64,000 nucleotides of DNA from Eledone cirrhosa (lineage: Eukaryota): contig OZ024743.1 in assembly GCA_964016885.1 (NCBI GenBank), forward strand, positions 173,848,001 through 173,912,000, written 5' to 3'. Below the pieces are notes generated by a model that was not told where the DNA came from, ran no database searches, and worked only from the letters and a program-made list of their open reading frames with translations. The position numbers and the translations under genes were made by a program. Below are positions 55,501 to 64,000 of the stretch, piece after piece. How positions within the stretch are numbered: the first letter of the stretch is position 1; each line of letters starts with the position of its first letter.

Positions 55501-58500
55501 TCCTCCAATACTACAGACACACACTCAGGGTTAGGGTATTAACCCTCTCTTAGTTGTCCTCCTCCAATACTAGACACACACTCAGGGCTAGGGTATGAAC
55601 CCTCTTTTAGTTGTCCTGCTCCAATACTACAGACACACACTCAGGGCTAGGGTATGAACCCTCTCTTAGTTGCCCTCCTCCAATACTACAGACACACACT
55701 CAGGGCTAGGGTATTAACCCTCTCTTAGTTGTCCTCCTCCAATACTACAGACACACACTCAGGGCTAGGGTATGAACCCTCTCTTAGTTGTCCTCCTCCA
55801 ATACTACAGACACACACTCAGGGCTAGGGTATGAACCCTCTCTTAGTTGTCCTCCTCCAATACTACAGACACACACTCAGGGCTAGGGTATTAACCCTCT
55901 CTTAGTTGTCCTCCTCCAATACTACAGACACACACTCAGGGCTAGGGTATTAACCCTCTCTTAGTTGTCCTCCTCCAATACTAGACACACACTCAGGGCT
56001 AGGGTATGAACCCTCTTTTAGTTGTCCTCCTCCAATACTACAGACACACACTCAGGGCTAGGGTATGAACACTCTCTTAGTTGTCTTCCTCCAATACTAC
56101 AGACACACACTCAGGGCTAGGGTATGAACCCTCTCTTAGTTGTCGTCCTCCAATACTAGACACACACTCAGGGCTAGGGTATGAACCCTCTCTTAGTTGT
56201 CCTCCTCCAATACTACAGACACACACTCAGGGCTAGGGTATGAACCCTCTCTTAGGTGTCCTCCTCCAATACTACAGACACACACTCAGAGCTAGGGTAT
56301 GAACCCTCTCTTAGTTGTCCTCCTCCAATACTACAGACACACACTCAGGGCTAGGGTATGAACCCTCTCTTAGGTGTCCTCCTCCAATACTAGACACACA
56401 CTCAGGGCTAGGGTATGTACCCTCTCTTAGTTGTCATCCTCCAATACTAGACACACATCAGGGGTAGGGTATGTACCCTCTCTTAGTTGTCTTCCTCCAA
56501 TACTACAGACACACACTCAGGGCTAGGGTATGTACCCTCTCCTAGATGTCCTCCTCCAATACTACAGACACACACTCAGGGCTAGGGTATGAACCCTCTC
56601 TTAGTTGTCCTCCTCCAATACTACAGACACACACTCAGGGCTAGGGTATGAACCCTCTCTTAGTTGTCCTCCTCCAATACTACAGACACACACTCAGGGC
56701 TAGGGTATGTACCCTCTCCCAGTTGTTCTCCTCCAATACTACAGACACACACTCAGGGCTAGGGTATGAACCCTCTCTTAGTTGTCCTCCTCCAATACTA
56801 CAGACACACACTCAGGGCTAGGGTATGAACCCTCTCCTAGTTGTCCTCCTCCAATACTACAGACACACACTCAGGGCTAGGGTATGAACCCTCTCTTAGT
56901 TGTCCTCCTCCAATACTACAGACACACACTCAGGGCTAGGGTATGAACCCTCTCCTAGTTGTCCTCCTCCAATACTACAGACACACACTCAGGGCTAGGG
57001 TATGAACCCTCTCCTAGTTGTCCTCCTCCAATACTACAGACACACACTCAGGGCTAGGGTATGAACCCTCTCCTAGTTGTCCTCCTCCAATACTACAGAC
57101 ACACACTCAGGGCTAGGGTATGAACCCTCTCCTAGTTGTCCTCCTCCAATACTACAGACACACACTCAGGGCTAGGGTATGAACCCTCTCCTAGTTGTCC
57201 TCCTCCAATACTACAGACACACACTCAGGGCTAGGGTATGAACCCTCTCCTAGTTGTCCTCCTCCAATACTACAGACACACACTCAGGGCTAGGGTATGT
57301 ACCCTCTCCCAGTTGTTCTCCTCCAACACTACAGACACACACTCAGGGCTAGGGTATGAACCCTCTCCTAGTTGTCCTCCTCCAATACTACAGACACACA
57401 CTCAGGGCTAGGGTATGAACCCTCTCTTAGTTGTCCTCCTCCAATACTACAGACACACACTCAGGGCTAGGGTATGAACCCTCTCTTAGTTGTCCTCCTC
57501 CAATACTACAGACACACACTCAGGGCTAGGGTATGAACCCTCTCCTAGTTGTCCTCCTCCAATACTACAGACACACACTCAGGGCTAGGGTATGAACCCT
57601 CTCTTAGTTGTCCTCCTCCAATACTACAGACACACACTCAGGGCTAGGGTATTAACCCTCTCTTAGTTGTCCTCCTCCAATACTACAGACACACACTCAG
57701 GGCTAGGGTATGAACCCTCTGTTAGTTGTCCTCCTCCAATACTACAGACACACACTCAGGGCTAGGGTATTAACCCTCTCTTAGTTGTCCTCCTCCAATA
57801 CTACAGACACACACTCAGGGCTAGGGTATGAACCCTCTCTTAGTTGTCCTCCTCCAATACTACAGACACACACTCAGGGCTAGGGTATTAACCCTCTCTT
57901 AGTTGTCCTCCTCCAATACTACAGACACACACTCAGGGCTAGGGTATGAACCCTCTCTTAGTTGTCCTCCTCCAATACTACAGACACACACTCAGGGCTA
58001 GGGTATGAACCCTCTTTTAGTTGTCTTCCTCCAATACTACAGACACACACTCAGGGCTAGGGTATGAACCCTCTATTAGTTGTCCTTCTCCAATACTACA
58101 GACACACACTCAGGGCTAGAGTATTAACCCTCTCTTAGTTGTCCTCCTCCAATACTACAGACACACACTCAGGGCTAGGGTATGAACCCTCTCTTAGTTG
58201 TCCTCCTCCAATACTACAGACACACACTCAGGGCTAGGGTATGAACCCTCTCTTAGTTGTCCTCCTCCAATACTACAGACACACACTCAGGGCTAGGGTA
58301 TTAACCCTCTCTTAGTTGTCCTCCTCCAATACTACAGACAGACACTCAGGGCTAGCGTATTAACCCTCTCTTAGTTGTCCTCCTCCAATACTAGACACAA
58401 ACTCAGGGCTAGGGTATGAACCCTCTTGTAGTTGTCCTCCTCCAATACTACAGACACACACTCAGGGCTAGGGTATGAACCCTCTCTTAGTTGTCCTCCT

Positions 58501-61500
58501 CCAATACTACAGACACACACTCAGGGCTAGGGTATTAACCCTCTCTTAGTTGTCCTCCTCCAATACTACAGACACACACTCAGGGCTAGGGTATGAACCC
58601 TCTCTTAGTTGTCCTCCTCCAATACTACAGACACACACTCAGGGCTAGGGTATGAACCCTCTCTTAGTTGTCCTCCTCCAATACTACAGACACACACTCA
58701 GGGCTAGGGTATTAACCCTCTCTTAGTTGTCCTCCTCCAATACTACAGACACACACTCAGGGCTAAGGTATTAACCCTCTCTTAGTTGCCCTCCTCCAAT
58801 ACTAGACACACACTCAGGGCTGGGGTATGAACCCTCTCTTAGTTGTCCTCCTCCAATACTACAGACACCCACTCAGGGCTAGGGTATGAACCCTCTCTTA
58901 GGTGTCCTCCTCCAATACTACAGACACACACTCAGAGCTAGGGTATGAACCCTCTCTTAGTTGTCCTCCTCCAATACTACAGACACACACTCAGGGCTAG
59001 GGTATTAACCCTCTCTTAGTTGTCCTCCTCCAATACTACAGACACACACTCAGGGCTAGGGTATGAACCCTCTCTTAGTTGTCCTCCTCCAATACTACAG
59101 ACACACACTCAGGGCTAGGGTATGAACCCTCTCTTAGTTGTCCTCCTCCAATACTACAGACACACACTCAGGGCTAGGGTATTAACCCTCTCTTAGTTGT
59201 CCTCCTCCAATACTACAGACACACACTCAGGGCTAGGGTATTAACCCTCTCTTAGTTGTCCTCCTCCAATACTAGACACACACTCAGGGCTAGGGTATGA
59301 ACCCTCTTTTAGTTGTCTTCCTCCGATACTACAGACACACACTCAGGGCTAGGGTATGAACCCTCTCTTAATTGTCCTCCTCCAATACTACAGACACACA
59401 CTCAGGGCTAGGGTATGTACCCTCTCCTAGTTGTCCTCCTCCAATACTACAGACACACACTCAGGGCTAGTGTATGAACCCTCTCTTAGTTGTCCTCCTC
59501 CAATACTACAGACACACACTCAGGGCTAGGGTATGAACCCTCTCTTAGTTGTCATCCTCCAATACTACAGACACACACTCAGGGCTAGGGTATGAACCCT
59601 CTCTTAGGTGTCCTCCTCCAATACTACAGACACACACTCAGGGCTAGGGTATGTACCCTCTCTTAGGTGTCCTCCTCCAATACTACAGACACACTCAGGG
59701 CTAGGGTATGAACCCTCTCTTAGGTGTCCTCCTCCAATACTACAGACACACACTCAGGGCTAGGGTATGAACCCTCTCTTAGGTGTCCTCCTCCAATACT
59801 ACAGACACACACTCAGAGCTAGGGTATGAACCCTCTCTTAGTTGTCCTCCTCCAATACTACAGACACACACTCAGGGCTAGGGTATGAACCCTCTCTTAG
59901 GTGTCCTCCTCCAATACTAGACACACACTCAGGGCTAGGGTATGTACCCTCTCTTAGTTGTCATCCTCCAATACTAGACACACACTCAGGGCTAGGGTAT
60001 GTACCCTCTCTTAGTTGTCTTCCTCCAATACTACAGACACACACTCAGGGCTAGGGTATGTACCCTCTCCTAGATGTCCTCCTCCAATACTACAGACACA
60101 CACTCAGGGCTAGGGTATGAACCCTCTCTTAGTTGTCCTCCTCCAATACTACAGACACACACTCAGGGCTAGGGTATGAACCCTCTCTTAGTTGTCCTCC
60201 TCCAATACAACAGACACACACTCAGGGCTAGGGTATGTACCCTCTCCCAGTTGTTCTCCTCCAATACTACAGACACACACTCAGGGCTAGGGTATGAACC
60301 CTCTCTTAGTTGTCCTCCTCCAATACTACAGACACACACTCAGGGCTAGGGTATGAACCCTCTCCTAGTTGTCCTCCTCCAATACTACAGACACACACTC
60401 AGGGCTAGGGTATGAACCCTCTCTTAGTTGTCCTCCTCCAATACTACAGACACACACTCAGGGCTAGGGTATGAACCCTCTCTTAGTTGTCCTCCTCCAA
60501 TACTACAGACACACACTCAGGGCTAGGGTATGAACCCTCTCCTAGTTGTCCTCCTCCAATACTACAGACACACACTCATGGCTAGGGTATGAACCCTCTC
60601 TTAGTTGTCCTCCTCCAATACTACAGACACACTCAGGGCTAGGGTATGAACCCTCTCTTAGTTGTCCTCCTCCAATACTACAGACACACACTCAGGGCTA
60701 GGGTATTAACCCTCTCTTAGTTGTCCTCCTCCAATACTACAGACACACACTCAGGGCTAGGGTATGAACCCTCTCTTAGTTGTCCTCCTCCAATACTACA
60801 GACACACACTCAGGGCTAGGGTATGAACCCTCTTTTAGTTGTCCTCCTCCAATACTACAGACACACACTCAGGGCTAGGGTATGAACCCTCTATTAGTTG
60901 TCCTTCTCCAATACTACAGACACACACTCAGGGCTAGAGTATTAACCCTCTCTTAGTTGTCCTCCTCCAATACTACAGACACACACTCAGGGCTAGGGTA
61001 TGAACCCTCTCTTAGTTGTCCTCCTCCAATACTACAGACACACACTCAGGGCTAGGGTATGAACCCTCTCTTAGTTGTCCTCCTCCAATACTACAGACAC
61101 ACACTCAGGGCTAGGGTATTAACCCTCTCTTAGTTGTCCTCCTCCAATACTACAGACACACACTCAGGGCTAGGGTATTAACCCTCTCTTAGTTGTCCTC
61201 CTCCAATACTAGACACACACTCAGGGCTAGGGTATGAACCCTCTTTTAGTTGTCCTCCTCCAATACTACAGACACACACTCAGGGCTAGGGTATGAACCC
61301 TCTTTTAGTTGTCCTCCTCCAATACTACAGACACACACTCAGGGCTAGGGTATGAACCCTCTCTTAGTTGCCCTCCTCCAATACTACAGACACACACTCA
61401 GGGCTAGGGTATTAACCCTCTCTTAGTTGTCCTCCTCCAATACTACAGACACACACTCAGGGCTAGGGTATGAACCCTCTCTTAGTTGTCCTCCTCCAAT

Positions 61501-64000
61501 ACTACAGACATACACTCAGGGCTAGGGTATGAACCCTCTCTTAGTTGTCCTCCTCCAATACTACAGACACACACTCAGGGCTAGGGTATTAACCCTCTCT
61601 TAGTTGTCCTCCTCCAATACTACAGACACACACTCAGGGCTAGGGTATGAACCCTCTTTTAGTTGTCCTCCTCCAATACTACAGACACACACTCAGGGCT
61701 AGGGTATGTACCCTCTCCTAGTTGTCCTCCTCCAATACTACAGACACACACTCAGGGCTAGGGTATGAACCCTCTCTTAGGTGTCCTCCTCCAATACTAC
61801 AGACACACACTCAGGGCTAGGGTATGAACCCTCTCTTAGTTGTCCTCCTCCAATACTACAGACACACACTCAGGGCTAGGGTATGAACCCTCTCTTAGGT
61901 GTCCTCCTCCAATACTAGACACACACTCAGGGCTAGGGTATGTACCCTCTCTTAGTTGTCATCCTCCAATACTAGACACACACTCAGGGCTAGGGTATGT
62001 ACCCTCTCTTAGTTGTCTTCCTCCAATACTACAGACACACACTCAGGGCTAGGGTATGTACCCTCTCCTAGATGTCCTCCTCCAATACTACAGACACACA
62101 CTCAGGGCTAGGGTATGAACCCTCTCTTAGTTGTCCTCCTCCAATACTACAGACACACACTCAGGGCTAGGGTATGAACCCTCTCTTAGTTGTCCTCCTC
62201 CAATACTACAGACACACACTCAGGGCTAGGGTATGTACCCTCTCCCAGTTGTTCTCCTCCAATACTACAGACACACACTCAGGGCTAGGGTATGAACCCT
62301 CTCTTAGTTGTCCTCCTCCAATACTACAGACACACACTCAGGGCTAGGGTATGAACCCTCTATTAGTTGTCCTTCTCCAATACTACAGACACACACTCAG
62401 GGCTAGAGTATTAACCCTCTCTTAGTTGTCCTCCTCCAATACTACAGACACACACTCAGGGCTAGGGTATGAACCCTCTCTTAGTTGTCCTCCTCCAATA
62501 CTACAGACACACACCCTGGGCTAGGGTATGAACCCCCTCTTAGTTGTCCTCCTCCAATACTACAGACACACACTCAGGGCTAGGGTATTAACCCTCTCTT
62601 AGTTGTCCTCCTCCAATACTACAGACAGACACTCAGGGCTAGGGTATTAACCCTCTCTTAGTTGTCCTCCTCCAATACTAGACACACACTCAGGGCTAGG
62701 GTATGAACCCTCTTGTAGTTGTCCTCCTCCAATACTACAGACACACACTCAGGGCTAGGGTATGAACCCTCTCTTAGTTGTCCTCCTCCAATACTACAGA
62801 CACACACTCAGGGCTAGGGTATGAACCCTCTCTTAGTTGTCCTCCTCCAATACTACAGACACACACTCAGGGCTAGGGTATGAACCCTCTCTTAGTTGTC
62901 CTCCTCCAATACTACAGACACACACTCAGGGCTAGGGTATGAACCCTCTCTTAGTTGTCCTCCTCCAATACTACAGACACACACTCAGGGCTAGGGTATT
63001 AACCCTCTCTTAGTTGTCCTCCTCCAATACTACAGACACACACTCAGGGCTAAGGTATTAACCCTCTCTTAGTTGCCCTCCTCCAATACTAGACACACAC
63101 TCAGGGCTAGGGTATGAACCCACTTTTAGTTGTCCTCCTCCAATACTACAGACACACACTCAGGGCTAGGGTATGAACCCTCTCTTAGTTGTCCTCCTCC
63201 AATACTACAGACACACACTCAGGGCTAGGGTATGTACCCTCTCCTAGTTGTCCTCCTCCAATACTACAGACACACACTCAGGGCTAGGGTATGAACCCTC
63301 TCTTAGGTGTCCTCCTCCAATACTACAGACACACACTCAGAGCTAGGGTATGAACCCTCTCTTAGTTGTCCTCCTCCAATACTACAGACACACACTCAGG
63401 GCTAGGGTATGAACCCTCTCTTAGGTGTCCTCCTCCAATACTAGACACACACTCAGGGCTAGGGTATGTACCCTCTCTTAGGTGTCCTCCTCCAATACTA
63501 GACACACACTCAGGGCTAGGGTATGTACCCTCTCTTAGTTGTCCTCCTCCAATACTACAGACAGACACTCAGGGCTAGGGTATTAACCCTCTCTTAGTTG
63601 TCCTCCTCCAATACTAGACACACACTCAGGGCTAGGGTATGAACCCTCTTGTAGTTGTCCTCCTCCAATACTACAGACACACACTCAGGGCTAGGGTATT
63701 AACCCTCTCTTAGTTGTCCTCCTCCAATACTACAGTAACACACTCAGGGCTAGGGTATGAACCCTCTCTTAGTTGTCCTCCTCCAATACTACAGACACAC
63801 ACTCAGGGCTAGGGTATGAACCCTCTCTTAGTTGTCCTCCTCCAACACTACAGACACATACTCAGGGCTAGGGTATTAACCCTCTCTTAGTTGTCCTCCT
63901 CCAATACTACAGACACACACTCAGGGCTAGGGTATGAACCCTCTCTTAGTTGTCCTCCTCCAATACTACAGACACACACTCAGGGCTAGGGTATGACCCC
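40569..64000. repeat. 59-bp satellite tandem array, part right of the gap (about 400 monomers); continues past the window end
   Basis: Same monomer, orientation and variant set as left of the gap. Confidence 0.99.

Noticed and set aside
6638-63578. Nine near-identical 70-aa ORFs (MSSSNTTDTHSGLGYEP...) and the minus-strand ORF at 63362-63568
   Set aside because: They are translations of the satellite with non-ATG (TTG) starts. They stay open only because two consecutive 57-bp monomers preserve the frame and delay the stop codons. They mark cassette allele A and are not genes.
1680-64000. CRISPR array or other repeat-spacer system
   Set aside because: There are no unique spacers, the whole 59 bp repeats, there are no cas genes, and the context is eukaryotic.
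1680-64000. Hammerhead-ribozyme satellite (retrozyme or newt satellite-2 type)
   Set aside because: Neither strand of the consensus has the CUGANGA and GAAA core. The minus strand has only CTGAGTG.
1680-64000. Inversions or transposon insertions inside the array
   Set aside because: None were seen. All monomers are in one orientation and no foreign sequence is present apart from the N gap.

Overview
This is eukaryotic non-coding DNA, and no protein-coding gene is supported. Bases 1-1679 are an AT-rich flank made of decayed non-LTR retrotransposon fragments: a CR1-like 3' end (minus strand), a CRE-clade restriction-like endonuclease (RLE) C-terminal remnant with an internal duplication, and an RTE-like 3' tail, plus microsatellites. 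From 1680 to the end of the window there is one head-to-tail satellite array of about 1,050 copies of a 59-bp monomer (GCTAGGGTATGAACCCTCTCTTAGTTGTCCTCCTCCAATACTACAGACACACACTCAGG; 29/59 GC, no CpG), interrupted by a 200-N scaffold gap at 40369-40568. The monomer carries telomere-like hexamers (TCAGGG CTAGGG followed by (T)AACCCT). Rare monomer variants show nested higher-order structure: a recurring four-monomer landmark cassette in two alleles, tandem duplications of about 0.53, 1.29, 4.2 and 5.4 kb, and a 14-20 kb block repeated across the gap. The 4 kb before the gap looks like an assembly consensus artefact. The flanking repeat tails resemble ones I recall from octopus genomes; this is unverified memory, not a database result. 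I found no gene-based novel system. The most interesting signals are the architecture and boundary of the satellite.
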